Shown in pieces: positions 1 through 10,274 of a stretch of DNA of 64,000 bases. The stretch spans positions 1,600,001-1,664,000 of the forward strand of contig OY762463.1 in assembly GCA_963665815.1 (NCBI GenBank), given 5' to 3'. A program made the position numbers and the translations under genes. The notes under the pieces are model-generated. The model had not been told where the DNA came from. It was given only the letters and a program-made list of their open reading frames with translations, and ran no database searches. Origin of the DNA: Candidatus Cloacimonadales bacterium (GTDB lineage: Bacteria > Cloacimonadota > Cloacimonadia > Cloacimonadales > JAIOQZ01). The stretch's first letter is position 1; the number at the start of each line of letters is the position of its first letter.

Positions 1-1
1 T

Positions 2-76
2 CTCAGAACAGACGTACAATATACAAAAGAACTGATGAAGTTTTTTAAATTGCGACTTAAGAGGAAAAATAAATGA
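2..76 (+). CDS. 3' end of probable DUF58 family protein (partial, upstream of bat operon)
   Basis: Frame 2 reads LRTDVQYTKELMKFFKLRLKRKNK*. Its TGA overlaps the next ATG (ATGA). DUF58 normally precedes bat genes. Confidence 0.55.
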   Translation, partial: LRTDVQYTKELMKFFKLRLKRKNK

Positions 77-1044
77 AGAAACTGAGCATTTTACTTTTTT
101 TACTGATTTGCTTGTATTCATTATTTTCAGCAGAACTGGATTACAAGGTTGATAAACCTTCCACTCTGCATCTTGGCACGCCTTTCAGTATTCTGGTTGA
201 TATAACTACAGAAAAAGATCAGAAAATAGCAGCTCCAGCCGGAGATACACTTGATATATTCATAAAACAGGATGTAAAACAAACAGAAGAGGAAACTGAA
301 GACGGTAAAATCATAACTCATGTTGACTTGGAATATGCTGCCTGGAATACAGGAACAGCTGAGTTTCCTGCATTGGAGTTCTCTGTAATAGGAGACACTA
401 CCCAAAAACTTTCTACACAGGCATTTACTGTTGTCATAGAATCTATACTTTCTGATTCCTTAAGAGCTGAGTTGAAACAGGCGTCTGACATTGATACATC
501 AAAATACAAAGTATTTCATTCTGCCTCAGTGAGAATTAATCCAACACTGTTTGAAGTAGCATTTCCAATTGTTATACTGGCATTGATAGTCTTTATTGTC
601 ATACTTACTGTTCGACTTATCAGGAAGTATCTTAAAAACAAAAATGCTCCGAAAAATGAAGTCATAATAGATAACCGACCGGCTCATGTAATTGCCCTTG
701 AAATGCTGGAAGCTCTGAAAGGCAGAAAGCTTCTTCAGACAAATCAACTGATTGAATATCACTTCCACTTGTCAATGATACTGAGAACATACGTAGAATT
801 AGCATACGGAGTAAAAGCTGTTGAGATGACTACATCCGAAATCAGAGCTAATCTTGTTCTGGAAGATTTTCAGGAGAAAAGCTGGATATTGGGATTCCTC
901 AATGAAGCTGACAAAGTCAAGTTTGCAAAGTTTACTCCGGAATACAGTGTTTCAGATCAGGCTATAAACTCTCTCAGCGAATATCTGAATAAAAAAGAAG
1001 TAGAATACAATAGTAAACAGAAACAGGAGGAACAAGATGTTTGA
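73..1044 (+). CDS. Bat-operon associated membrane protein (signal peptide, Ig-like region, one TM helix)
   Basis: Signal peptide, TM helix, C-terminal 'RPAHVIALEMLE...AVEMTTSEI...ADKVKFAK' typical of the gene before batA. Confidence 0.7.
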   Translation: MKKLSILLFLLICLYSLFSAELDYKVDKPSTLHLGTPFSILVDITTEKDQKIAAPAGDTLDIFIKQDVKQTEEETEDGKIITHVDLEYAAWNTGTAEFPALEFSVIGDTTQKLSTQAFTVVIESILSDSLRAELKQASDIDTSKYKVFHSASVRINPTLFEVAFPIVILALIVFIVILTVRLIRKYLKNKNAPKNEVIIDNRPAHVIALEMLEALKGRKLLQTNQLIEYHFHLSMILRTYVELAYGVKAVEMTTSEIRANLVLEDFQEKSWILGFLNEADKVKFAKFTPEYSVSDQAINSLSEYLNKKEVEYNSKQKQEEQDV

Positions 1045-2026
1045 GTTTGCTCATCCTGAATGGTTCTGGCTCCTGTTGGTATTATTACCTTTTGGACTGA
1101 TAGAATATCTGATGATGAGAAAAAAGCTCAGAATAAGCTATCCCGGTCTTGATCTGCTTAAACTTGCAGCAAAAAGAGACACATTCTGGAAGTACTTATC
1201 CGTTATAATCAGAGCATTAATTATTGTTATGATTGTAATTGCCCTTACAGGTCCAAGAGAAGCTTTTAAACAACAGGATGTTTCCAGTAAGGGAATTGAC
1301 ATTGTGTTTGCTCTTGATACTTCAGGTTCAATGCGGGCTCTTGATATGAAGCCTAACGATCGACTTGAAGCGGCGATTTCCGTTGCCAAGCAATTTGTCA
1401 GCAAGAGAAACAACGATCGCATCGGAATAGTAGAATTTTCAGATAATGCTTTTACAAGATGTCCAATGACTCTGGACTACAATCTCGTGAATCAGATACT
1501 CGAATCTTTTGAAGTTGATGAGGATGCAGGAGGTACAGCCATCGGAAACGGTCTTGCTTCTGCTGTAGCTCGTCTTAAGGATTCAGAAGCAAAGTCCAAA
1601 GTGATAATTCTTATTACAGATGGTGCTTCTAATGTTGGAGAAATTGATCCTACTACCGCAGCTCAATTTGCCAAAAAATTCGATATAAAGGTATATCCTA
1701 TTGGTGTTGGTAAGGAAGGTCCGGTAGATTATCCTTATCGGGATCGCTTTGGCAGAACTACTGTAAGAAAAGTCAATGTTGAGATTGATATGCAGACTTT
1801 GCATAAAATAGCTCAAGTAACAGGCACAAAAATCGCCAGAAGAGCTGTAAGTAAAGATTCATTCCAGAAAATACTGGATGAAATAGATGCTTTGGAGAAA
1901 ACTGAAGTTAAATTAAATGACTATTACACCTATAACGAAATGTTTTACATTTTTGCACTCGCTGCCCTGATGTTATCGTTAATACTGGTAATACTCAGGA
2001 TTGCAATTGTAGTGGAAATTCCATAG
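1037..2026 (+). CDS. batA: BatA, VWA domain protein
   Basis: N-terminal 'FAHPEWFWLL' BatA motif; MIDAS DTSGSM; GTAIGNGL; SKVIILITDG. Confidence 0.9.
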   Translation: MFEFAHPEWFWLLLVLLPFGLIEYLMMRKKLRISYPGLDLLKLAAKRDTFWKYLSVIIRALIIVMIVIALTGPREAFKQQDVSSKGIDIVFALDTSGSMRALDMKPNDRLEAAISVAKQFVSKRNNDRIGIVEFSDNAFTRCPMTLDYNLVNQILESFEVDEDAGGTAIGNGLASAVARLKDSEAKSKVIILITDGASNVGEIDPTTAAQFAKKFDIKVYPIGVGKEGPVDYPYRDRFGRTTVRKVNVEIDMQTLHKIAQVTGTKIARRAVSKDSFQKILDEIDALEKTEVKLNDYYTYNEMFYIFALAALMLSLILVILRIAIVVEIP

Positions 2027-2035
2027 AGGTATTAT

Positions 2036-3055
2036 ATGAAATGGGCTAATTCAGAAATATTGTATCTGCTGCTTCTAATACCGGTTTTATGGATTATGAC
2101 CGGATTCTCTTCGAGATCCCGAAAAAAAGCATTCAGCAGATTTGCCGAAAAGAAATTTTACAATTTCTTCTTTCAGCAGTTTTCTTATTTTCACTGGAAC
2201 ATGAAAAACGTTCTTCTTACCCTGGCAGTTGTATTTCTAATCCTTGCCGGGGCAAGACCGCAATGGGGAAAACATGTTTCTACTCTCACGAAAGAAGGGA
2301 TTGACATTGTTGTCTGCCTCGATACATCTATCAGTATGAACGCTACCGATATTCAACCAAGCAGAATTATCAGGGCAAAAGACCAGATATCCGAGTTTAT
2401 AGAAAACCTTAAAGGTGACAGAATAGCTATTGTTCCTTTTGCAGGGATAAGTTATGTTCAATGTCCTCTTACAAGTGACTACAATGCCGCAAAACTGCTT
2501 CTCGGCTTTATTGATACAGACTCTGTACCTGTTGCCGGAACAGATATTGGTGCTGCATTGAGGAAAGCACATTCGCTGTTTCAGGCTGATCAGAAATACA
2601 AGGTTGTTGTGTTGATCAGTGATGGTGAAGATCTGGAAGAAAGTGCTCTTAAGACAGCAAATGAGCTGGCTCAGAAGGGTATTATTATATATACTCTTGG
2701 TGTAGGTTCACCACAGGGAGCACCAATTCCCGAAAAAAATAACGGCAATATTGAGTATGTCAAAGACTCGGACGGTAATATTGTTATGACAAAGCTTGAT
2801 GTAAATACTCTCAGTCGGCTTGCCAGTATAGGTGATGGGAAATTCTATGCTGTTACGCCTCAACAGACTGAAATTGCTGAAATGCTTAGGTCAATAAACA
2901 GAATCGAGAAATCCAAACTTGATTCTAAACAGTTCACTAACTATAAAGATCAATATCATTACTTCCTGCTTACAGCTCTTGCCCTTCTTTTACTTGAGCA
3001 GTTGATAGGCTACAGGAAGAAAATCAAAAAAGAGAGAGTCTTAATACAGGATTGA
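2036..3055 (+). CDS. batB: BatB, VWA domain protein
   Basis: ARPQWG, DTSISM MIDAS, PLTSDY, LISDGED; follows batA. Confidence 0.88.
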   Translation: MKWANSEILYLLLLIPVLWIMTGFSSRSRKKAFSRFAEKKFYNFFFQQFSYFHWNMKNVLLTLAVVFLILAGARPQWGKHVSTLTKEGIDIVVCLDTSISMNATDIQPSRIIRAKDQISEFIENLKGDRIAIVPFAGISYVQCPLTSDYNAAKLLLGFIDTDSVPVAGTDIGAALRKAHSLFQADQKYKVVVLISDGEDLEESALKTANELAQKGIIIYTLGVGSPQGAPIPEKNNGNIEYVKDSDGNIVMTKLDVNTLSRLASIGDGKFYAVTPQQTEIAEMLRSINRIEKSKLDSKQFTNYKDQYHYFLLTALALLLLEQLIGYRKKIKKERVLIQD

Positions 3056-3057
3056 TT

Positions 3058-3780
3058 ATGAAAAAGATTTGTCTCACGCTCAGTTTATTAGTTCTGGTCA
3101 GCACTTTTTTGTCTGCCGACCTACTTAATTATAAAAAGCTTTACAATGATTTCAAAGCCAGAAAGCTGTTGAAAAAGAATAAAAAAGAAGAAGCTGTAAA
3201 ACTTCTTGAAGAAAATGCAATAGAAAACCCGGATGACAATCGAGTTTTATATAACCTTGGAACTGCTCTTTCAAAAGATGATAGTACAAGTGCAGCCCAG
3301 GATCATCTTAACCTTGCTTTAAGAGAAGAAGATAAAGAATTCAGATCCAAAGTATACCAGAATCTGGGAAACAGTTATGCTCATCAGAAAAAGTATATGG
3401 AAGCACTGAAGAACTATCAGAAAGCTCTGCATGAGAATCCTGAAAATGATGAAGCACGATATAATTTCGAGCTGGTAAATCAGATTATGCTGAAGCAACA
3501 ACAGCAACAGCAACAGCAACAGCAGAAACAGGATAAAGATTCAGACGATAAGGATAAGAAGAAACAAAAGCAGAAAAAGCAGGACAAACAGGATAAGAAA
3601 GATCAATCCGATAAAAAAGAAGAACAGCAGCAAATGCAAAAAAAAGATGAAAAAGACAAAAAGAAAGACAGAGAAGAAAAAATACTTGAAGATTTGATGA
3701 AAAAAGAAAAAGAAAATAGAGATAAAAAGAAAAAAGAACGTCATCATGGACAAAGACGCAGTTCTGAAAAATTCTGGTAG
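3058..3780 (+). CDS. batC: BatC, TPR protein with Gln/Lys/Asp-rich tail
   Basis: TPR motifs YNLG/QNLGN, 'ARYNFEL', poly-Q low-complexity tail ending 'EKFW'. Confidence 0.85.
   Translation: MKKICLTLSLLVLVSTFLSADLLNYKKLYNDFKARKLLKKNKKEEAVKLLEENAIENPDDNRVLYNLGTALSKDDSTSAAQDHLNLALREEDKEFRSKVYQNLGNSYAHQKKYMEALKNYQKALHENPENDEARYNFELVNQIMLKQQQQQQQQQQKQDKDSDDKDKKKQKQKKQDKQDKKDQSDKKEEQQQMQKKDEKDKKKDREEKILEDLMKKEKENRDKKKKERHHGQRRSSEKFW
3496..3525 (+). repeat. CAA/CAG in-frame repeat encoding poly-Gln in batC
   Basis: caacaacagcaacagcaacagcaacagcag. Confidence 0.8.
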
Positions 3781-3792
3781 AAAGGAGATGTA

Positions 3793-5592
3793 ATGAAAAG
3801 AAAACTACTGATTTTATGTCTATTGTTGTTGTTTTCTGCATCAGTAATTACAGCTCTGGAAGTAACAGCTACAATCAATAATAAAAAGATTGGGCTAAAT
3901 GATGTAGCTTATCTGACTGTAGAAATTAATGGTGAATTCAATAGGAAACCTTCTGCCCCTACCCTACCTTCAATCCAGGGTTTCAGAACCGGATCACCAT
4001 CCCAGAGTGAATCAACCAGTATTTCTGTTATACAAAATAAAGTTACACAAACAATAATATTGCAGTATTCCTATCCTCTGTACCCCAAGGAAAAAGGAAA
4101 CTTCATTATCCCGCCGATATCTATGAATATTGATGGGAAAAACTACACGACAAAAGCTATATCAATCTCTGTTGTAGAAGGTACAACACAGCAACAGCAT
4201 AATACCAGGAGATCCCGCTACGGACAAACAAGAAGAAGTCCAAAGACAAATTCTACTAATCTGAAGGATAATTTGTTTATTGAAGCTGTTATCAGCAATC
4301 CAAATCCTTATCAAGGCGAGGTTTTCCGTGTTGATTATCACCTGTACACAAGATACGATCTTGGAGAAATTGAATTCAATGAAAGACCACAATTCAGTAA
4401 TATGTGGCAGGATAATATATATTCAGCAGGAAGGCGATCCTTCGATAGAAAGGAAAGAAACGGACTGCTATACAACCACATGAAAGTAATATCCTACAAT
4501 TTGATTGCCGATGAAGTTGGCAAAGCTGAAATACCGTCTCTTTCCATGAATATTGGTGTACTTGTTCAGAGTAACTCCTTTTTTGACTATGGAAGAACAC
4601 AGGACTATGTTATTTCCAGCAAAGCAAAAACAATCAATGTGAAAAAAATACCTGAATATACAGGAAGCCAAAGACTCTCAGAAGCAGTAGGAAGCTTCAG
4701 ATTATCTGATGAAATGCATGATAAAGAGCTGAAAGTCGGTGATTCTTTTACTTATACATTGAAACTAAGCGGAACAGGAAACCTGAAGACTCTTGAGCTT
4801 CCCAAGTATGAGGACACTCCGTATTTCAAATTCATGGAACCGGAAGTCAAGAATGATATAAGCACAAATGGAAACTCACCGAAAGGCAGCATTACTGTTA
4901 AATATCTTGTGATTTGCAAAAAAGAAGGTGAAATACAATTCCCACAAATGCAGTTCTCCTACTTTGACATTCCTTCAGGTTCCTACAAGCAGCTTTCTAC
5001 AGGCAGCTATAAACTTAATGTTGCTCCATCAGATAATAATTATATAATATCCGCAGGAAACTCACAAACGCGAGTTATTCAGGAAGGATTCGATATTGGT
5101 TACATTATCACAGATGTTAATGGAAAAAGCTTTGTGAAAACCACTGCAAGTTTAACTTTCTGGCTGCTGATTGTCATATATATCCTTTCTATCCCGGCAG
5201 CAATGTTCTTTGTAAGAGAACAGAAAAAGTTGATTGGAGATGCAGGATACTCCAGAAACAGGCAGGCTGCAAAAATCCTTAAGAAATACTTGAAACAAGC
5301 TCAGGATGCAGCCAAATCCGGAAATAGCGATTTCTATACTTCGGCTCAAACAGGATTATCTAATTACCTTGCAGATAAACTCCATATTCCAAGAGGTTCA
5401 ACAACCGATGACATCCTAACAAAGTTCAGAGAAAAAACAGGCAGCATTGATCAGGCTATGAAACTTCAGCAGTTCTTTAAAAAATGCAATGAAGCCAGAT
5501 TTATGCCGGGAGGAATATCCTCAGCAGACATTTCCAGAGACTTCGAAATGTTGAATACAGTTATAAGTAATATAACAAGGATTCTGAAGTAG
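3793..5592 (+). CDS. batD: BatD family protein
   Basis: Signal peptide, repeated beta-sandwich segments, 'AVGSF', 'GTGNL', C-terminal TM helix; operon position. Confidence 0.85.
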   Translation: MKRKLLILCLLLLFSASVITALEVTATINNKKIGLNDVAYLTVEINGEFNRKPSAPTLPSIQGFRTGSPSQSESTSISVIQNKVTQTIILQYSYPLYPKEKGNFIIPPISMNIDGKNYTTKAISISVVEGTTQQQHNTRRSRYGQTRRSPKTNSTNLKDNLFIEAVISNPNPYQGEVFRVDYHLYTRYDLGEIEFNERPQFSNMWQDNIYSAGRRSFDRKERNGLLYNHMKVISYNLIADEVGKAEIPSLSMNIGVLVQSNSFFDYGRTQDYVISSKAKTINVKKIPEYTGSQRLSEAVGSFRLSDEMHDKELKVGDSFTYTLKLSGTGNLKTLELPKYEDTPYFKFMEPEVKNDISTNGNSPKGSITVKYLVICKKEGEIQFPQMQFSYFDIPSGSYKQLSTGSYKLNVAPSDNNYIISAGNSQTRVIQEGFDIGYIITDVNGKSFVKTTASLTFWLLIVIYILSIPAAMFFVREQKKLIGDAGYSRNRQAAKILKKYLKQAQDAAKSGNSDFYTSAQTGLSNYLADKLHIPRGSTTDDILTKFREKTGSIDQAMKLQQFFKKCNEARFMPGGISSADISRDFEMLNTVISNITRILK

Positions 5593-5598
5593 GTTATT

Positions 5599-6366
5599 AT
5601 GAAAAAGATATACTTAATATTAGCAATTTCACTTATTGCCATGACACTTTTTGCAGGAAATGAAATTACAACTTTACTCGATAAAGCTAAATCCGAATAC
5701 GAAAACAGAAATTTTGAGGAATCCCTTAAACTCTTCCTGCAGGTCGAGAACTCAGGAGTAAACAATGCAGATCTGTTGTATAATATTGGAAACACATATT
5801 TCAGAAACAACAATATTGTAATGGCTATAGTGTATTATAAAAAAGCACTTCATCTGAATCCTGCCCATAATAGAGCCTATAAAGACCTTGGATTTGCACT
5901 GACAATGACACAGGATAAACAGGAGCTGGTTCAAGATAGATCTTTCATGGGGAAAATCGGAAATTTCTATAAAAAGATCAGTATAAACAAATCAGCCTGG
6001 ATACTGATTATTATTCTCGCAATTCTGGTAATTCTTATCAATCTGTACATTTTAAACTGGAGAACCCAGGATAAGCCATTTCATTTATTCATTATTATGG
6101 TTGTTGCAGGTTTATCTCTGGGAATGCTCATTATAACTATCAATAAAATCAGTACATTCAACAGCTATAATGAAGCTGTAGTAAAGAATCAGGTTCAAAT
6201 GGGATACAGCGGACCTTCAACTGATTTTACCAGAGTGTTCACTATCCATGAAGGATATATTGTTAATATTCTGAAATCAGAATCAGGCTGGAGTCAAGTG
6301 CAGCTTGCCAATGGTACCGGTGGCTGGATTCCGGAAGATTCTTATGTTAAAGTCGTTGACAAGTAA
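5599..6366 (+). CDS. batE: BatE, TPR plus SH3 protein
   Basis: YNIGNTYF TPR, two TM helices, SH3-like 'IHEG...WSQVQLANGTGGWIP'. Confidence 0.85.
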   Translation: MKKIYLILAISLIAMTLFAGNEITTLLDKAKSEYENRNFEESLKLFLQVENSGVNNADLLYNIGNTYFRNNNIVMAIVYYKKALHLNPAHNRAYKDLGFALTMTQDKQELVQDRSFMGKIGNFYKKISINKSAWILIIILAILVILINLYILNWRTQDKPFHLFIIMVVAGLSLGMLIITINKISTFNSYNEAVVKNQVQMGYSGPSTDFTRVFTIHEGYIVNILKSESGWSQVQLANGTGGWIPEDSYVKVVDK

Positions 6367-6385
6367 TCACAATACTAATTTATAC

Positions 6386-6416
6386 AAAAAAGCCGACTGA
6401 AGTTCAGCCGGCTTTT
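6386..6416. terminator. Bidirectional intrinsic terminator
   Basis: aaaaaagccgactgaagttcagccggctttt between convergent genes. Confidence 0.75.
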
Positions 6417-6433
6417 ACTTTATCTGTAAGTTT

Positions 6434-6850
6434 TTATTCTCCAATAATTTTTACCAGAACTCTCTTTCGGCGTTTACCGTCGAACTCACCGTAGAATATC
6501 TGTTCCCAGGGACCAAAATCAAGTTTACCATCAGTAATAGCTACTACAACTTCCCTGCCCATAATCTGACGCTTCATGTGGGCATCAGCATTATCCTCAA
6601 AACCATTATGCTTGTATTGAGAATGAGGCTTTTCAGGTGCGAGTTTCTCTAACCATTTTTCGTAATCATGATGCAGACCGGATTCATCATCATTAATAAA
6701 AACACTTGCAGTTATGTGCATAGCATTAACAAGAACAAGTCCTTCTTTAACACCACTTTCCTGCAGGCATTGCCTGATGGTTGGCGTAATGTTAATCAGC
6801 TCTCTTCTCTGAGTTGTACTGAACCATAATTCCTTTCTGTATGATTTCAC
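6434..6850 (-). CDS. yjbQ: YjbQ/UPF0047 secondary thiamine-phosphate synthase family
   Basis: [33 protein letters not shown]. Confidence 0.92.
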   Translation of the reverse strand: MKSYRKELWFSTTQRRELINITPTIRQCLQESGVKEGLVLVNAMHITASVFINDDESGLHHDYEKWLEKLAPEKPHSQYKHNGFEDNADAHMKRQIMGREVVVAITDGKLDFGPWEQIFYGEFDGKRRKRVLVKIIGE

Positions 6851-6859
6851 AATTCTCTC

Positions 6860-9800
6860 CTAATATTCAAACAGATTTCTCAGTTCTTCCATATCCATAT
6901 GTTTAATAATATTCTGACCATTATCAATGATATTCTCAAACATTTCAATCTTACTTTTCTGAAGCTGAAGAATCTTTTCTTCAACGGTTTTCTTAGTGAT
7001 AAGTTTATAAACCATGACTTTCTTGGTCTGCCCTATTCTGTGAGCTCTGTCTATTGCCTGATTTTCTCCCATTGGATTCCACCATGGATCTGTAAGGATA
7101 ACAGTATCGGCAGAAGTCAGATTTATCCCTACTCCACCTGTTTTGAGACTGATAAGGAATACTTTCACCTGAGAATTCTCATTAAAGTTATCTATTCTTT
7201 TCTTTCTGTTCTTTGTATCACCATCCATGTATTCAAAGACAATTCTGTGCTTTTTCAGTTGAGATCGAATAAGCTTGAGCATTTCCACAAACTGACTGAA
7301 AATGATTATCTTTCTTCTGTTAAGGATTGCCTCTACAACAATCTCCATCAGCGTATCCATCTTAGCAGAGACATTCTGATTACTTTTCACATCCTTGGTA
7401 AACAATACAGGGTGATTGGATATCTGTCTGAGTCTTGTTAATGCAGCAAGAATATGAATATAATTATTCTTCTCAGGCCCATCAGTATTGAAAAGCTGAT
7501 TCTTGACTTTTTCCAGAACCTGCATATACATCTTTTCCTGTACTTCAGACATTCCGCAATATACAACCTGTTCCTGCTTATCAGGAAGCTCAATCAATAC
7601 ATCCTTCTTTTTCCTTCTGAGAATAAACGGAGATATTATGGCGCTTAAATGTTTTTCCTGCTCAGCCTTGTTTTCAAGAGGAGTAACATAATCCTGCTTG
7701 AACTTTCTCAGTCCATCCAGGTATCCCGGTAAAAGGAAATCGAAGATAGACCAGAGTTCAACAGGTGAATTCTCCATTGGTGTACCTGTAAGTGCAAGCT
7801 TATGATTTCCTTTAAGGCTTTTGATTGCCTTGGATCGTTTTGTCATAGAATTTTTTATGTGCTGTGCTTCATCAAGTATGATATACTCAAATTCACGTTC
7901 TTTCAGATCATTGATATCATTCACAATAATGGAATACGATGCTATCAGCACACCTATCCCTTTCTTTTCAAGCAGCTTGATCCGCTCTTCCTTACCACCT
8001 TCATAAATTAGATAATTCATACCGGGTGCGAATTTCTCAATCTCTGCTGCCCAGTTATACAAAAGTGTTTTAGGGCAAATCACAATTGCAGTTTTGCCTT
8101 TTTCAATTTCAGCAAGAACAGAAATAGCCTGAAGAGTTTTACCAAGCCCCATATCATCAGCAAGAATTCCACCAAAATGGTATTTCTGAAGCATCTTCAA
8201 CCAGTAAAAACCTGCTTTCTGATAACTTCTCATTACCGGTTTGAAAATTGGCATGATTTCAGGTGAATCACTCAGCTTTCGGGTTATTATATTATTGTAC
8301 ATATTATCGAGATAACCATCTCCAAGGATATGCATGTTATCGTTGATAGTGTTAAGTTGATATATATAAGGAATATTATATAAAGACAGTTTGTAGCTTT
8401 CCGAAGTATCCTTCACACTTTTCTTAAGCAGAGTTTCCACATCCTCAAAAGCTTTTTCATTAGTAAAGAAAAGCAGTCTTCCGTCTTCAAGCTTAAGAAA
8501 TTTCTCTCTCTTTTTAAAAAATTTCTTCAGCTCCTCATGAGTAAAAGTTATATCTTTAAATTTATATGTTACTTCGTATTCAAACCAGTCAATCTGTGAG
8601 CTTGATTTTGCTTTTATCTGTGGACTGAGCTCAACTTTATAAATGAATTCTTTTTTAAGATCATCTGACAGAATAATATTCCAGGATGGGTCAGCATGCT
8701 CAAATAAGATTTTCTTAAGATGATCAATCTTTTCTTCTCCTTCGAAAATAAGCTGAGCATCTCTGTCACTTTTGTTTTCAGATTCGGGGAGAAGTTTCAG
8801 GAAGTTTGATATTTCATACTTGATCTGTGGTGGGATATAGAACCAGGTCTGCACTCCGTCCTGATCATATCGAATAAGTTCTGTCTGGAACACAAGGTTG
8901 GACAAAGGTATTGAAACATCTTCTGAGAAATCAAGATTTCCTTTAAGATAAAGCTTATCTGCTTCACGATGCAGTTTGAAAGTTATTCTTGGAGTATTAT
9001 CAAAGAATTCCGGTAACTCAATTCCCTCTGAAAAATCTATATAACATTTAATCATTGCAAGTTGTCTTGCAACAACTGTAGCAAAGTAAATCAAGTCCTC
9101 TTCATTAAACTCATATTCTTCATTAAGAACAAGTTCGGTAACTTCTCTGGTAAAAGGAAGTTGAATCTGAAATACTTTGTTCTTCCTGAAAATGTATGTA
9201 GTCTTATCCACAAAAAAAGCAGAGACTATTTCTTTTTGTCTTAGTTTTACAATGTAAGAATCCGATTCCGTTTTTTCCACAATAAAGCTGATTTGAGCTT
9301 TTTCATCTGAGAATTCAAGTCTGTCACCAGTTTCCTTAATATAAACCTTATCCTGAATAGATTTAAGGACAGGTATTACTTTACAGAAATCTTTCTTGTA
9401 AATAGTAAAGAAATGTCCGACTCTGCTGAATGAACACTTATAGTTCTGTAATGTAACAAGAAGTTCAAGTTCTTCATTTGAGAATGCCTGAACCTGTTTA
9501 TGTACTGATGGTAACATTGCCTGATCTGCTTCTTTAATCGGTCTACCCGAAACAATAAAAGAAACAAGTCTGATATCCACTGGTTTATAATTTCTGAAAT
9601 AGATACGAATCTTATCTGTAGTGTCATAGATACCTTCAACTGCAATAAAACTGTTGATAATGATTCTCTGCCAATACTCGTTGTATCTAAGAAGTTTGTT
9701 CTGATATGTCTGAATAATCTTTTCTTCGAGAATTTCCGTATCCAGAAATTTGTATCCATAATTAATGATAGACAGATAATGTGAGCATGTATCCTCTTTT

Positions 9801-10039
9801 CTGCACTTATTACATTCATGTTTAACTATTTTCTGTTCATCAGCATCATAAACAACTCTGACTTTAGCAGAGAATTTCTGTTCGAAACTGGGCACAGCTC
9901 TGAAAGTAAAGACGGTATAACCCTTTTCGTCTCTATAAGTTGTATAAGTAATGTCGTTTTTCTGGAAATTGCGTACAGTACTATGGAAATACCATGTATT
10001 AGAGTGTTCATGATATTCTTTTCCGAATAATCTTGGCAT
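6860..10039 (-). CDS. SNF2-family helicase/ATPase with N-terminal SWIM-like Zn finger
   Basis: LADDMGLGKT, DEAQ, TGTPMEN, QAIDRAHRIGQ; CxxC...CxH near the N-terminus. Start placed at ATG 10039 (SD AAGGA); the ORF track extends to 10078. Confidence 0.9.
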   Translation of the reverse strand: MPRLFGKEYHEHSNTWYFHSTVRNFQKNDITYTTYRDEKGYTVFTFRAVPSFEQKFSAKVRVVYDADEQKIVKHECNKCRKEDTCSHYLSIINYGYKFLDTEILEEKIIQTYQNKLLRYNEYWQRIIINSFIAVEGIYDTTDKIRIYFRNYKPVDIRLVSFIVSGRPIKEADQAMLPSVHKQVQAFSNEELELLVTLQNYKCSFSRVGHFFTIYKKDFCKVIPVLKSIQDKVYIKETGDRLEFSDEKAQISFIVEKTESDSYIVKLRQKEIVSAFFVDKTTYIFRKNKVFQIQLPFTREVTELVLNEEYEFNEEDLIYFATVVARQLAMIKCYIDFSEGIELPEFFDNTPRITFKLHREADKLYLKGNLDFSEDVSIPLSNLVFQTELIRYDQDGVQTWFYIPPQIKYEISNFLKLLPESENKSDRDAQLIFEGEEKIDHLKKILFEHADPSWNIILSDDLKKEFIYKVELSPQIKAKSSSQIDWFEYEVTYKFKDITFTHEELKKFFKKREKFLKLEDGRLLFFTNEKAFEDVETLLKKSVKDTSESYKLSLYNIPYIYQLNTINDNMHILGDGYLDNMYNNIITRKLSDSPEIMPIFKPVMRSYQKAGFYWLKMLQKYHFGGILADDMGLGKTLQAISVLAEIEKGKTAIVICPKTLLYNWAAEIEKFAPGMNYLIYEGGKEERIKLLEKKGIGVLIASYSIIVNDINDLKEREFEYIILDEAQHIKNSMTKRSKAIKSLKGNHKLALTGTPMENSPVELWSIFDFLLPGYLDGLRKFKQDYVTPLENKAEQEKHLSAIISPFILRRKKKDVLIELPDKQEQVVYCGMSEVQEKMYMQVLEKVKNQLFNTDGPEKNNYIHILAALTRLRQISNHPVLFTKDVKSNQNVSAKMDTLMEIVVEAILNRRKIIIFSQFVEMLKLIRSQLKKHRIVFEYMDGDTKNRKKRIDNFNENSQVKVFLISLKTGGVGINLTSADTVILTDPWWNPMGENQAIDRAHRIGQTKKVMVYKLITKKTVEEKILQLQKSKIEMFENIIDNGQNIIKHMDMEELRNLFEY

Positions 10040-10274
10040 ATAATTTCCTTCGTTCGAATTCAGTCTTTCATTATTCATAATACGGTCTTCATGTCAAACT
10101 AATAATTGAAATTTTCTTCTTTTCCAAAAAAAAGTAAAAATTCAAAAAAAACATTGCCAATAAACGCATTGTGATTATTTTTTGAAAAAAGTATATATAA
10201 TAATGTTCACTCAGATCTCTCATACATAATTTACAATTTAATACGATCTGAATCACAAGTCAAAAGGAGTCACA

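Noticed and set aside
3496-3525. CAACAG repeat as a phase-variation tract
   Set aside because: In-frame unit, and poly-Q tails are ordinary in BatC
3319-3841. Leu/Phe-rich minus-strand ORFs
   Set aside because: Antisense to the low-complexity Q/K/D tail of batC
6899-7441. 180-aa plus-strand ORF and other short ORFs nested in long genes
   Set aside because: Antisense or alternate-frame shadows with no recognisable motifs
6860-10078. SNF2 helicase as an anti-phage system component
   Set aside because: No methylase, nuclease or other defence partners adjacent; resembles the common SWIM-SNF2 type
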